Part shown: positions 1-8,822 of the stretch, one piece after another
Layout: each line of letters begins with the position of its first letter
Numbering within the stretch: the first letter of the stretch is position 1
Assembly: GCA_038999215.1 (NCBI GenBank)
Contig: JAWABM010000004.1
Location: 1 to 40,476, forward strand
DNA: 40,476 nt
Reading direction: 5' to 3'
Source: Candidatus Aenigmatarchaeota archaeon
GTDB lineage: Archaea; Aenigmatarchaeota; Aenigmatarchaeia; Aenigmatarchaeales; JACQIB01
Position numbers and translations under genes: made by a program
Notes under the pieces: generated by a model
Told to the model about the DNA's origin: nothing
What the model saw: the letters and a program-made list of their open reading frames with translations, nothing else
Database searches by the model: none

Positions 1-1
1 A

Positions 2-679
2 ACGGCAGTGATGGGCAAGAAGCTCGCCAAAATCCCTGCGGACGAAACGACCGAGTGCAGGCCGACGGACTATTACGGCGTGACGAAGCTGGAGGCCGAG
101 AAGCTCGTGAGGGAGGCCGGCGGCATAGTCGTAAGGTCCGCCGACGTGTACGGCCCGGGCTTCACAGAAGGGTATTACGACCTGTTCGGCCTCATAGGCA
201 GCGGCAGGATGCGGATATTCGGGGACGGCAAGAACAGGATACAGTACGTGCACATAAGGGACCTCATGAGGGCGCTGGTGCTGGCCGAACACTTCGGAAG
301 GCCCGGCGAGGTTTACATAATAACAGGCCCGGACGCGAGGACGCAGGAAGAGCTGTACAAAATGGTGGCGGACAGGCTTGATGTCGCCCCGCCGAGCAGG
401 CACATCTCCCCCTGGCTGGCCAAAATGGCCGCCAAGTTCAAGGGGAAGGAAAGCTTCGTGCCGATAATAGAAAAGCTGGCGGCAGACCGAGTTTTCGACA
501 TCTCCAAGGCCAAGAGGGAGCTCGGGTACGAACCCAAGATAACTTACGAGGTCGGCATAGGGGAGGTCATAGACGAGTACAAGAAGGAGAAGGTCAGGCT
601 AGACCTGCTAAGAATGCGAAAATCGCAACAAGCATCGCAAGCTTCATCATCCTTTGAGAGCGGCTGGGAGAGCCCATGA
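2..679 (+). CDS. NAD-dependent epimerase/dehydratase (extended SDR), 5'-truncated by window edge
   Basis: Catalytic YxxxK (YGVTK), VYGPG, YVHIRD, DISKAKRELGYEP motifs. Rossmann GxxGxxG is absent and the frame is open to the window start. Confidence 0.85.
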   Translation, partial: TAVMGKKLAKIPADETTECRPTDYYGVTKLEAEKLVREAGGIVVRSADVYGPGFTEGYYDLFGLIGSGRMRIFGDGKNRIQYVHIRDLMRALVLAEHFGRPGEVYIITGPDARTQEELYKMVADRLDVAPPSRHISPWLAKMAAKFKGKESFVPIIEKLAADRVFDISKAKRELGYEPKITYEVGIGEVIDEYKKEKVRLDLLRMRKSQQASQASSSFESGWESP

Positions 680-1412
680 TAATTATCGCATAGGCGAACA
701 TCGCGTCGGCCACGACCATTATCGGGAAATAATACGCGCTCAGCTTGTGCAATATCACCGGTATGAAGCTGAATATTATCGCTATCACGGCGAGTATCGC
801 CGCTATCTGCCTCGAGCCGGCCACCCCGATAGTGAGCGGCAGGCTCCTCACGCTGTACATCTTGTCGCCCCGCATGTCCTCCACAGCCTTCACGATCTCC
901 CTGCTGATGTTCGTGAAGAACGCCATCGCGGCCAGCAGGAGCACGAGCGGCCTCACGGAACCGAATATCAACCCTCCGTAAAGGAAAGCCGAAGCCGTGA
1001 GCCAGCCGATTGCCACGTGCCCCACAGGCCTCTTCTTGAGCTTTTCGGCGTAAAAATAGGTGACCAGGCTGTTGAAGAACGTGAGCGTGACCAGGTAGGT
1101 GTTCAGCAGGGATATGGCGAGCAGGTTGGAGACGATGTAAAGCGAGGCCGCATAAAGCCTTGCCGCTCCCCTGGAAATCTTGCCTGAAGGCAGCACCCTG
1201 TTTGGCCTGTTGACCCTGTCTATGTAATAGTCGAAATAGTCGTTGACTATCATTCCGGCACCGGATATCATGAATGCTATCGCCACGGCCGTGAAGAATT
1301 CCAAAGGCAGGGGCGTGCCAACACCCGCAAGTATGGCGCCTATCATGACACCGAGCGATGCCATCACGCCGTTCATCGGCCTCAGAATGTCGACATATGC
1401 CCTTATGCGCAC
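594..1412 (-). CDS. UbiA-family prenyltransferase, likely digeranylgeranylglyceryl-phosphate (DGGGP) synthase
   Basis: ILRPMN N-terminus, NDYFDYYIDRVNRPNRVLPSG and REIVKAVEDMRGD Asp-rich motifs, multiple TM helices; GTG start. Confidence 0.85.
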   Translation of the reverse strand: MRIRAYVDILRPMNGVMASLGVMIGAILAGVGTPLPLEFFTAVAIAFMISGAGMIVNDYFDYYIDRVNRPNRVLPSGKISRGAARLYAASLYIVSNLLAISLLNTYLVTLTFFNSLVTYFYAEKLKKRPVGHVAIGWLTASAFLYGGLIFGSVRPLVLLLAAMAFFTNISREIVKAVEDMRGDKMYSVRSLPLTIGVAGSRQIAAILAVIAIIFSFIPVILHKLSAYYFPIMVVADAMFAYAIIIMGSPSRSQRMMKLAMLVAIFAFLAGLA

Positions 1413-1418
1413 GCCACA

Positions 1419-1595
1419 TCACACTTTCCTTTCCTTTGATTTCAGCCGCAGCCCCTTGTATTTGCACTTCCTGCACTTGACCTTACCAGCCATGACCTTC
1501 TGCGTGTCCGCCCTTATCTTGGCGTTACATTTCATGCAGACATAAACCCTCTCGTAAATCCTTTTCATCACCGCATCGACCTTCGCTTTTGCCAT
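1419..1595 (-). CDS. rpl40e: 50S ribosomal protein L40e (58 aa; absent from ORF track)
   Basis: Hand translation MAKAKVDAVMKRIYERVYVCMKCNAKIRADTQKVMAGKVKCRKCKYKGLRLKSKERKV: CxxC...CxxC zinc knuckle with CMKCNA and CRKC..K.LR.K; AAGGTG SD-like element upstream. Confidence 0.9.
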   Translation of the reverse strand: MAKAKVDAVMKRIYERVYVCMKCNAKIRADTQKVMAGKVKCRKCKYKGLRLKSKERKV

Positions 1596-1629
1596 TCAAA
1601 ACACCTTTATTGATATCGGAGCCAGCCTT

Positions 1630-2133
1630 TTAATCCTTTTCTTCAACCCAGTCTATCCTCTTGTATCCTTTGCCTTTGGTCTTTAAAACCCTTTCCATCT
1701 CGGCCGCGGCCCGGCGGGGCGTGAGCCTTGTGGTGTCTATCTCATAACCGCGGGCCTCCTCGCTGATCACTCCGAACATCTCGGCCTCGACGTTCTCCCT
1801 CACCTTGGCGACCGGCCATCCCCTTGCCTTGAGCCTCTTTGCGAGCACGTCGGGCCTGCAGCGCAGAACAATGACCTTGTCGGCCTTCAGGTCGTGCGAA
1901 AGATGCGAGTCGACAATCAGGCAGGCCCTCCCTTTGGCGTACTGCCTGACGAAGGCCCTGACCTTCGCCATATCGGCAACGAACGTCCTCCTTTTCCTGT
2001 CATAGGAGGAGTACATCTTCCTTTTCACTATCTCCCTGTTGAGCTCGAGAAGTTCGCAGCCAAGCCTGCGCGCCAGGAGCCTGGCGGCTACGGTCTTTCC
2101 CGTGCCCGGCGTGCCCGTGACAGCGATTATCAT
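1630..2133 (-). CDS. Adenylate kinase / Fap7(AK6)-type nucleotide kinase
   Basis: IAVTGTPGTGKT P-loop, IVDSHLSH, VIVLRC, LKARGW..KVRENVEAE. Confidence 0.88.
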   Translation of the reverse strand: MIIAVTGTPGTGKTVAARLLARRLGCELLELNREIVKRKMYSSYDRKRRTFVADMAKVRAFVRQYAKGRACLIVDSHLSHDLKADKVIVLRCRPDVLAKRLKARGWPVAKVRENVEAEMFGVISEEARGYEIDTTRLTPRRAAAEMERVLKTKGKGYKRIDWVEEKD

Positions 2134-3902
2134 CCGAAAAACCCTTCAAAGAATTTTGCGATGGCGGCGAAGATGCCCTCCAAGAATCCGAACACGCCCT
2201 TCTCCTCTGCGACATTGAAGCGGACCGAAGAGGAGGTCGAGAAGGACGAGGAAGAGGCCACGACCTGCGCGACATTGTCGTCAACGCTCTGCGGGATGAA
2301 AACGAACTCGGCGGAATCCGTTGCACCGGCAGGCACGGTCAGCGTCCTTTCCCGGCCGGAGACGGAAAGCCTGATGACCTGCTCTGAGCCGAGAAGGTTC
2401 CTAACTTCGGCCGTGAGCGTGGCGTTGCCGCCGAGGGTTATGTTCTGCCTGTCGGCGCTTACGGCGAGCTCGAACGGCTTCGAAATGACGACCCTCATGT
2501 CCTGCGCAGCAAGGCTTCCCTTAGAATAGGCATATACTCTGAAGTCCTCTGAAGGGGCGTACCATTCAGCCCTGTCGAGCGCTTCCCGTCCGTAATCAGT
2601 GAACAGCCAGGCACCCGGAGACAAAGCAGTGAACTTCTCGCCAGGGACGAGCGTGGTCTTGTCCACCGCCAGGCTCACCTTTTCGCCGGCACCTTCCTTC
2701 GAATCAAGCACGACGCTCTGCCTTTTGTCCTCGCCGGCGTACGGATAGGATATCAGCTCGCAAGTGTAGCGGATGTTCCTGTTAAGGCTTTCCGGCAGCT
2801 TGTATATCGAATAGACCGACTTGGAACCGCAGAAGTAGACTATTTTCTCGGGCTCGAGCGCCTGGAAGAACTCCCTGCCCTCATTCACGCAGCTCTTGCT
2901 GACCACGTTCGTCAGAACGCAGCCGGAGGTGCTCATGTCCGTGCGCATTACAGCGTATCCGTTCCACAGCCTGTCCTTAAGCAGGGTGTTCTCAGTCCTG
3001 ATGAGCGGCTCCTCCTTGAAATTTAGTATGGTTATCCTGATTTCAGTGGGGTTGACCTTTATCGAAGTCGCCCCCCTTGCAGTCGCGGTCACCTCGGGAA
3101 AATAGCTGTCGACCAACGTGGCGAACTTTATATGGGTCGCATCGACAAAGCCGGTCTCGGCCCAGGTGGAGTCGGATGGCCAGCAGCCCTCCGGAGTGCA
3201 CACTTCGGCCCAGCCATGCGGAACAAAGTCCTCGGCAATGCGGTATCCCCTTCCGTAGGCATAGCCGACAGAATAGGCCGAAGGATATCCTATGCTCCTT
3301 CCTGCCGCTATCACGAGGGACGAGAACTCGTCGCAGACTCCAGCCTTGTTGTCCAGTGTAGCGAGGGCGGAAAGATTGGCGTCGGCGTACTTCGGGCTGA
3401 GGTCGTACTTTATGTTCTCGTGCACCCACTTGCTGACGAGCGCCACTTTTGCGAAAGCGCTGGTCTGGCCGACAGTTATGTTCTCCGCAAGCCCTATTAT
3501 CCTAGGGTCGTCGGATTGTATAAGCGCGGACGGCAGCCTGAACTCCTTTGCTTCAGGCACTGACGCGGAGAGCCGCCTGTCGACCGTCACCGTGGACCTG
3601 ACCTCGTATTCGGCCCTGCTGCCGGGATTGATGAACGTCATTGTGAGCAGGCTGTTGCCGAGACTGTCCTTCACAATCTTGTAATCCGAAGAAGCGTAGT
3701 CTATGCGCACCTTCTGGTACTGGTCCTCCTGCGGTATGGTCATGTTTATTATGAGCATATCGGCAGGGCCCGTAAGCTCGACCGAGCCCTTCTGCACCAC
3801 TTCGGCCTCCATGTGCGAGACAAGAGGCGGGTTCAGCGCCTCGGCATGGCAGCTAAGCGGAAGAAAGAGCGCCAGCGCCAATATAAAAAGGATTTTTCTC
3901 AT
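2130..3902 (-). CDS. Secreted transglutaminase-like cysteine protease domain protein
   Basis: Signal peptide MRKILFILALALFLPLSCHA from ATG 3902 (the track start at 4154 overlaps rfc). Cys-His-Asp triad GVCDEF / HGWAEV / WPSDSTW; amphipathic Phe-rich C-terminus. Confidence 0.85.
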   Translation of the reverse strand: MRKILFILALALFLPLSCHAEALNPPLVSHMEAEVVQKGSVELTGPADMLIINMTIPQEDQYQKVRIDYASSDYKIVKDSLGNSLLTMTFINPGSRAEYEVRSTVTVDRRLSASVPEAKEFRLPSALIQSDDPRIIGLAENITVGQTSAFAKVALVSKWVHENIKYDLSPKYADANLSALATLDNKAGVCDEFSSLVIAAGRSIGYPSAYSVGYAYGRGYRIAEDFVPHGWAEVCTPEGCWPSDSTWAETGFVDATHIKFATLVDSYFPEVTATARGATSIKVNPTEIRITILNFKEEPLIRTENTLLKDRLWNGYAVMRTDMSTSGCVLTNVVSKSCVNEGREFFQALEPEKIVYFCGSKSVYSIYKLPESLNRNIRYTCELISYPYAGEDKRQSVVLDSKEGAGEKVSLAVDKTTLVPGEKFTALSPGAWLFTDYGREALDRAEWYAPSEDFRVYAYSKGSLAAQDMRVVISKPFELAVSADRQNITLGGNATLTAEVRNLLGSEQVIRLSVSGRERTLTVPAGATDSAEFVFIPQSVDDNVAQVVASSSSFSTSSSVRFNVAEEKGVFGFLEGIFAAIAKFFEGFFG

Positions 3903-3939
3903 AATCAGATTTAAATTGCTTGTTTGTATATATAATGGT

Positions 3940-4890
3940 ATGCAGACGGATTCTGAGTTCGACCTCTGGACGGAGAAGTACAGGCCCCGCACGCTACCGG
4001 AGATAGTTGGGCAGAAGCAGATCGTGAAGAGGCTCGAAGCGTTCGTGAAAAAGGGCGTGCCGAACATGCTCTTCGCCGGGCCGCCGGGCTGCGGAAAGAC
4101 GACCGCGGCGCTATGCATGGCCAGGGACCTTTTCGGCAGCGACTGGAGGTACAACTATCTGGAGCTGAACGCCTCGGACGAGCGAGGCATCGACGTGGTC
4201 AGGCACAAGATAAAGGACTTCGCAAGGACCAAGCCGATGGCAACGGCCTACAAGGTGATCTGCCTTGACGAGGCCGACTCGCTGACGAGCGACGCGCAGC
4301 ACGCCCTTAGGCGTACGATGGAGAAATACTCGAAGACATCGAGGTTCATACTCATCTGCAACTATTCCTCAAGGATAATAGAGCCCATACAGTCAAGGTG
4401 CGCCATATTCAGGTTCAAGCCGCTGACGAAGGAGGAAGCCCTCGCGTTCATGAAGAAGATAGCGGCCGCCGAGAAAGTGGACATAGAGGAGCAGGCCTTT
4501 GAAGCGCTGCTCGCGGTGGCGGAAGGCGACATGAGAAGGGCGATAAACATACTCCAGTCCTCCGCGACGGCGGAAAAGGTGACCGAAGCGACGATATACG
4601 ACATGATATCCGGCGCGCATCCGGCGGCTATCAGGGAGCTGCTCGCAACAGCGCTGAAGGGCGATTTCTTCGGTTCGCGCCAGCAGCTCGTCAAGCTGCT
4701 CAAGGACGGAATCGCAGGCGAAGACATAGTCAGGGAGATGGGCAAGCAGGTATACGACCTGCAGATAACGGACCAGCAGAAAATAAGGCTCATAGAGAAG
4801 GTCGGGGAGTTCGAGTACAGGATATCCAGCGGCGGGAACGAGCAGATACAGCTCGAGGCGCTGCTCGCGCAGCTGGCAGCGATGAAGTGA
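3940..4890 (+). CDS. rfcS: Replication factor C small subunit
   Basis: WTEKYRP, GPPGCGKT, LELNASDERG, LDEAD, QSRC, GDMRRAIN; no intein. Start reassigned to ATG 3940, 24 nt after TTTAAA. Confidence 0.97.
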   Translation: MQTDSEFDLWTEKYRPRTLPEIVGQKQIVKRLEAFVKKGVPNMLFAGPPGCGKTTAALCMARDLFGSDWRYNYLELNASDERGIDVVRHKIKDFARTKPMATAYKVICLDEADSLTSDAQHALRRTMEKYSKTSRFILICNYSSRIIEPIQSRCAIFRFKPLTKEEALAFMKKIAAAEKVDIEEQAFEALLAVAEGDMRRAINILQSSATAEKVTEATIYDMISGAHPAAIRELLATALKGDFFGSRQQLVKLLKDGIAGEDIVREMGKQVYDLQITDQQKIRLIEKVGEFEYRISSGGNEQIQLEALLAQLAAMK

Positions 4891-4897
4891 GGCGGCT

Positions 4898-5380
4898 CTA
4901 CGCGATGCTGCCGAAGGCGCCGGCTATCCATATCCCCAGGAAGTAAGTCGCCACTATGACAATCGCTCCTATCGAAAGGTGCTCGGCGACGACATGCAGC
5001 GGCTTCTCGTGCTGCCTCCTGCCAATGTAGTAGCTGAGCAGAGCCAGCAAGGACATGCCCCACGCCACGTCGGCGACAACTGCGTCCTGCAGCCTCATGA
5101 AGAAAATCGGCACGGCAAAGGTGAGCGCTATCAGAAATTTCGCGACGAACGTGGAGTAAGTGGACCTCCATATCTCGACCTTCTTAAGCACCCGCGATTC
5201 GGTCGACACGTGCATGCCAAGGGAATCTGAGAACGCGTCGGCCACGGCTATTGTGAGCACTGCGCCGATGACAGCCAGCTCTGAATGCGTGCCCTCGTAA
5301 ACTCCGACCAGCAGGCCGAGCGTGGTGATTATGCCCGAGGTTATCCCGAAGCTGAAGCCTGCCAGGCTGAGCTTTGCCAT
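4898..5380 (-). CDS. VIT1/CCC1-family membrane protein (Fe/Mn transporter-like)
   Basis: FGITSGIITTLGLLVG, IAVADAFSDSLGMHVSTES, about 5 TM helices; ATG 5380 chosen. Confidence 0.75.
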   Translation of the reverse strand: MAKLSLAGFSFGITSGIITTLGLLVGVYEGTHSELAVIGAVLTIAVADAFSDSLGMHVSTESRVLKKVEIWRSTYSTFVAKFLIALTFAVPIFFMRLQDAVVADVAWGMSLLALLSYYIGRRQHEKPLHVVAEHLSIGAIVIVATYFLGIWIAGAFGSIA

Positions 5381-5439
5381 GACAGATTTTAGCGGAGCCG
5401 TCTTATAATGCTTATCTTTAAGCGAAACGAACAATTATC

Positions 5440-5799
5440 ATGCCTGTCTTCGTCGTCCACGAGCACCATGCGAAGCGGCTGCACTGGGACCTCAGGCTGG
5501 AACGCGACGGCGCCCTCAGGAGCTGGGCCGTGCCGAAGCAGCCGCCCCTGGCGAAGGGGGTGAAGAGGCTGGCCGTGCAAGTGGAGGACCACCCGCTCTC
5601 CTACGCCAAGTTCAGGGGCACGATACCGGAAGGCCAGTACGGAGCCGGAAAGGTGGGAATATGGGACAGGGGCACCTACAAGATGGAGAGCGCGCACGAG
5701 AAAAAATGGGTGGTCATATTCAGAGGCAGGAAGCTGAAAGGCAGGTACTGCCTGCTGAAATTCAGGCCGCCGAAGAACTGGCTGCTGTTCAAGCTTTGA
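5440..5799 (+). CDS. Stand-alone LigD 3'-phosphoesterase (PE) domain
   Basis: FVVHEHHAKRLHWDLRLE, SWAVPK, RLAVQVEDHP, GTIPEGQYGAGKVGIWDRGTY. Confidence 0.93.
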   Translation: MPVFVVHEHHAKRLHWDLRLERDGALRSWAVPKQPPLAKGVKRLAVQVEDHPLSYAKFRGTIPEGQYGAGKVGIWDRGTYKMESAHEKKWVVIFRGRKLKGRYCLLKFRPPKNWLLFKL

Positions 5800-5869
5800 A
5801 ATCATTTTTATGCTCGAATTTCATCCGCATTCGCGCCACCGGCTGCGACGGTGAAGCGAATGAGCAGAA

Positions 5870-6199
5870 TCATTCGTACTCGCGCCAGGTGTGGTTGCAC
5901 TTGGTGCAACGGTAGAAGCGCGTGGGCGGCTCGTCGCTCGCGCGGGTCTGCTGCATCCACCAGAAGGCCTCCCTGTTCCCGCACTTCACGCATTCTATTT
6001 CGGTCTTGGGCAGGGCCTCGAAGTTGGCCTTCTTCTCCACGACGACTATCCTGTTGTTCTGCTTGCCGGACTCTGTGGTTATCTTCATCTCGCCCTTGCT
6101 CACGGCGGATCTCTTGCCGCATTTCCTGCAGACCATGACCGTTTTGCTTCCTGTTTTCTTCGGAACAAGCAGGCCACCGCACTTGTCGCAGAACTGCAT
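5870..6199 (-). CDS. tfs: Transcription factor S (TFS)
   Basis: N-terminal FCDKCG..CRKCG ribbon; C-terminal CVKCG..QTRASDEPPTRFYRCTKC with intact DE dyad; ATG 6199. Confidence 0.95.
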   Translation of the reverse strand: MQFCDKCGGLLVPKKTGSKTVMVCRKCGKRSAVSKGEMKITTESGKQNNRIVVVEKKANFEALPKTEIECVKCGNREAFWWMQQTRASDEPPTRFYRCTKCNHTWREYE

Positions 6200-6250
6200 C
6201 AAATCACTTTCACATATCATATTCCGACTACTATTTAAATTATGCTGTTT

Positions 6251-6703
6251 TCATGCTAGGCCGAGAAGCTCGAAAACGCCGACCTTGACCCAGCCGAGAA
6301 GCGGTATCTGCAGCACGGCCTTCCCGTGGACCTCGCTTATATCGGTCTTCCACGGATCGGGCGAGACGTTGTTGTCGCCCTGCGTCGTTATGACGCCGTT
6401 GTCAACTGCTATCGCCCTATGGATTATAGGATACCTGTAGACGCCGGACTCGAAGACGATTATGTCGCCGACTGCAACGCGGTCCACGCCCTGCACGAAA
6501 ATCAGGTCGCCCTTGTTGTAGGTCGGCACCATGCTGTTCGAGAAGACTGCGACCACCGGCGTGTCCGTGTGAAGCACGAGACCGAGCACCGCGTTAAGGA
6601 CGACGGCTATAACGAAGCCTAGGGCTATGTAGACTATCGTGCCGAACGGGCCTCCGGTGCACCTGTCCCACAGGCTTTTCATTTCCTTCAATCCCATGGC
6701 CAT
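6251..6703 (-). CDS. sec11: Signal peptidase I, archaeal Sec11 type (S26B)
   Basis: TM helix followed by VFSNSMVPT..GD, PIIHR, TQGDNN..D, IPLLGWVK. Confidence 0.92.
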   Translation of the reverse strand: MAMGLKEMKSLWDRCTGGPFGTIVYIALGFVIAVVLNAVLGLVLHTDTPVVAVFSNSMVPTYNKGDLIFVQGVDRVAVGDIIVFESGVYRYPIIHRAIAVDNGVITTQGDNNVSPDPWKTDISEVHGKAVLQIPLLGWVKVGVFELLGLA

Positions 6704-6732
6704 AAAATCACTTCTTCAAACATGTTAATAAA

Positions 6733-7317
6733 TCACGCCCTGCCTATGCTCTGGCCTTTCACGATTGCCGTTGCAATGAGATGGGCGACCCTCAAGGGCT
6801 CGGGCATGGTCGCATGAAGGCTCGAAATCCTTATTATCTCGGCCGCCTCCTCCGCGAACATCCCGGCGCACTGGAAGGCCAGCCTGCCCTTGCCGGCGTC
6901 GACCCAGCTGATTTCCCCCGCGGCCTTCACGCATTCGCGCCTGCTTTCCGCGCCGGGCAGCCTGCCTATTGCGTCCAGGAACTCATCAAAGTTCGGCTTC
7001 TTCCTCAGCACGACTATCACCGGAAGACCGGTCTCTTTGTGGATGTTCCTTATGTTGACCGTGTTGAAGCCCGCGAAGGTTATGCCGTCCATCATCATGA
7101 CGCGGAGATCCTTGAACTTTGCGGCATTTACCGCAGAAACAATCTTCTGCTCGGCGTCGCTTCCGTCCACCGCGACGTCGAGCTTGAGCATGCCGTCCAT
7201 GAAGGAGCCGCCGCGGAAAACCACCCCCACGAGGGGCGCGGTGCCGCGGCCCTTCTCAAACGGCCCGTCGTCCCACGCAAGAATCCTTATTTCCTCCTTT
7301 ATTTTGCCGAGAGGCAT
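6733..7317 (-). CDS. DUF99 family protein (endonuclease V-like)
   Basis: ILAWDDGPF, GVVFRG, DGSDA, MDGITFAGFN, PEPLRVAHLIA. Confidence 0.9.
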   Translation of the reverse strand: MPLGKIKEEIRILAWDDGPFEKGRGTAPLVGVVFRGGSFMDGMLKLDVAVDGSDAEQKIVSAVNAAKFKDLRVMMMDGITFAGFNTVNIRNIHKETGLPVIVVLRKKPNFDEFLDAIGRLPGAESRRECVKAAGEISWVDAGKGRLAFQCAGMFAEEAAEIIRISSLHATMPEPLRVAHLIATAIVKGQSIGRA

Positions 7318-7323
7318 CGCAAA

Positions 7324-7584
7324 TCACTTGTTGGCGCGCTTGAATTCCTCTATGAATTCCTCAGCCTTCTCCTCGGCGGCAACGGCGCCCTTCTTGAGAA
7401 TCGTCTTCGGAGACTTGCCCCTTACCACTATCGCGGGCCTGGCCATGAAGGGATGCTCCCTTATCGCCGCAGCGTCGCCGTGCTCCCAGGCCTCCTTGGC
7501 TATGAGGTTTGTTATGGTCTCGGTCTCCCCCTCGACTTCCACCTTCAGCCTCTCCTTCTGGTCCTCAACAACGTGCAAATGCAT
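7324..7584 (-). CDS. rpoL: DNA-directed RNA polymerase subunit L (Rpo11), diverged
   Basis: VEVEGETETITNLI, EHPF, C-terminal helix, 86 aa; typical dph2...rpoL-DUF99-tfs neighbourhood. Confidence 0.8.
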   Translation of the reverse strand: MHLHVVEDQKERLKVEVEGETETITNLIAKEAWEHGDAAAIREHPFMARPAIVVRGKSPKTILKKGAVAAEEKAEEFIEEFKRANK

Positions 7585-7609
7585 GTAAATCACTTGATGA
7601 GCACTCTAT

Positions 7610-7903
7610 TTAAAGATTGTTTTCCTTCCCGTTTTTCATGCCCACAACCTTCTCTTCCATTTCGTAAAGGTTTACAGCCTCGCCGCATTCCTTTCCGCGG
7701 CAGCCCCCGCATGCCAGTATTATCTTCGCTATGTTGTAACTGTGATTTTCGTCGGCTTCCTTTGCCCTTATCAGGGCATGGCAAGCCTCAATGCACATCT
7801 CGTCGATGCGCTTCCCGTCAAAGTCCAGCCCTCTTTTCGCATAAAGCGGGCACTTCTCCCTGAATTCCCTGAAATATGCGGCGAACTCGTCCTTCCCTAC
7901 CAT
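7610..7903 (-). CDS. Hypothetical Cys-rich protein (97 aa)
   Basis: Fills the gap co-directionally; six Cys including CIEAC and CGGCRGKEC; TTTAAA box upstream. Confidence 0.6.
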   Translation of the reverse strand: MVGKDEFAAYFREFREKCPLYAKRGLDFDGKRIDEMCIEACHALIRAKEADENHSYNIAKIILACGGCRGKECGEAVNLYEMEEKVVGMKNGKENNL

Positions 7904-7937
7904 AAGACCATCCGAAGAATTTTGGAAAGAAAAGGAT

Positions 7938-8822
7938 TTAAATCTCGTCCGGATTCACGATGGGCTTCTCGAACTCGGTGCGGTGCTCCACGGCTATCCT
8001 CGGGCAGGCCGTGTTGATGTAGGCGTCGAGCTGTAGCCCGGCAAGCTTCTCGGGCCTTATCTCGTCCATCGAAAGTATGAACGCCTCCCTGCCTCTCTCC
8101 ACGAGCTCCCTTCTTATCGCTTCGGCTAGGTCCATCCTCCTCTGGCCGGACTTTGTCGATACGAGCACGCCTATCCTCATCGCTCCGGCCAGCATGCCGA
8201 CGGCGGCGTACTTCTGCTTCTCGAACTTGGCCTTGAACCGGCCCATTTCATCCATCTCCCCGCGCTCCATGTCCACGACGAAAACGGGCTTGTCTGTAGA
8301 CATCGCGAGCCCGAGAGGATGAAACTTGCCCGAGCCGAAGAAAATGAAACACTCGACCTCGTCCTCGACGGACTTCGCTGCAGAGCAATCGCAGCCGAGT
8401 ATCTGGCCAGGATAGAGGCGCTTAGTCACATGCGGCGGATTGCCTATCAGCGCCTTCTTGCCCCTCTTCACAAGGAAAGCCTTCGCAGGCTCGAGCGAAT
8501 CCACGAACTGCAGGCTCGAGACGAGGCCGAAGGATGAAAAGCCGGCGAGCCTGGAAAATTCCTTCGCGAGCACGGGCGCCGGATCTATTTTTTCCCTTAT
8601 CTCCTCGTAGTCCACGGGCATCCTGGCTTCCAGGAACTTGGAATGGCCGTAGTGCACGACTTTCTCGCAGCCCAGCGCCTTCGCCTCAGCCTCCTTGAGG
8701 TCGCAGGCGCCGTAGCACGGGTCGCAGGAAATAACGACCGTGTCGCCCTTGGCTTCAAGCCCTTTTGCTATTTCGAGCGCCCTTGCTTTCAGCCCTTCCG
8801 GCACCTGCAGCAATATTTTCAT
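7938..8822 (-). CDS. dph2: Diphthamide biosynthesis enzyme Dph2
   Basis: LQVPEGLK, PCYGACD, HYGHS, GQILGC, SGKFH, NTACPRI (Fe-S cysteines). Confidence 0.96.
   Translation of the reverse strand: MKILLQVPEGLKARALEIAKGLEAKGDTVVISCDPCYGACDLKEAEAKALGCEKVVHYGHSKFLEARMPVDYEEIREKIDPAPVLAKEFSRLAGFSSFGLVSSLQFVDSLEPAKAFLVKRGKKALIGNPPHVTKRLYPGQILGCDCSAAKSVEDEVECFIFFGSGKFHPLGLAMSTDKPVFVVDMERGEMDEMGRFKAKFEKQKYAAVGMLAGAMRIGVLVSTKSGQRRMDLAEAIRRELVERGREAFILSMDEIRPEKLAGLQLDAYINTACPRIAVEHRTEFEKPIVNPDEI

Noticed and set aside
544..1476. 310-aa alternative-frame ORF over the UbiA and rpl40e genes
   Set aside because: No motifs; the overlapping frames encode clearly recognisable proteins.
3703..4154. Apparent long head-to-head overlap of rfcS and the transglutaminase-like gene
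   Set aside because: Artefact of longest-ORF starts; the plausible starts are 3940 and 3902, with a short AT-rich divergent promoter between them.
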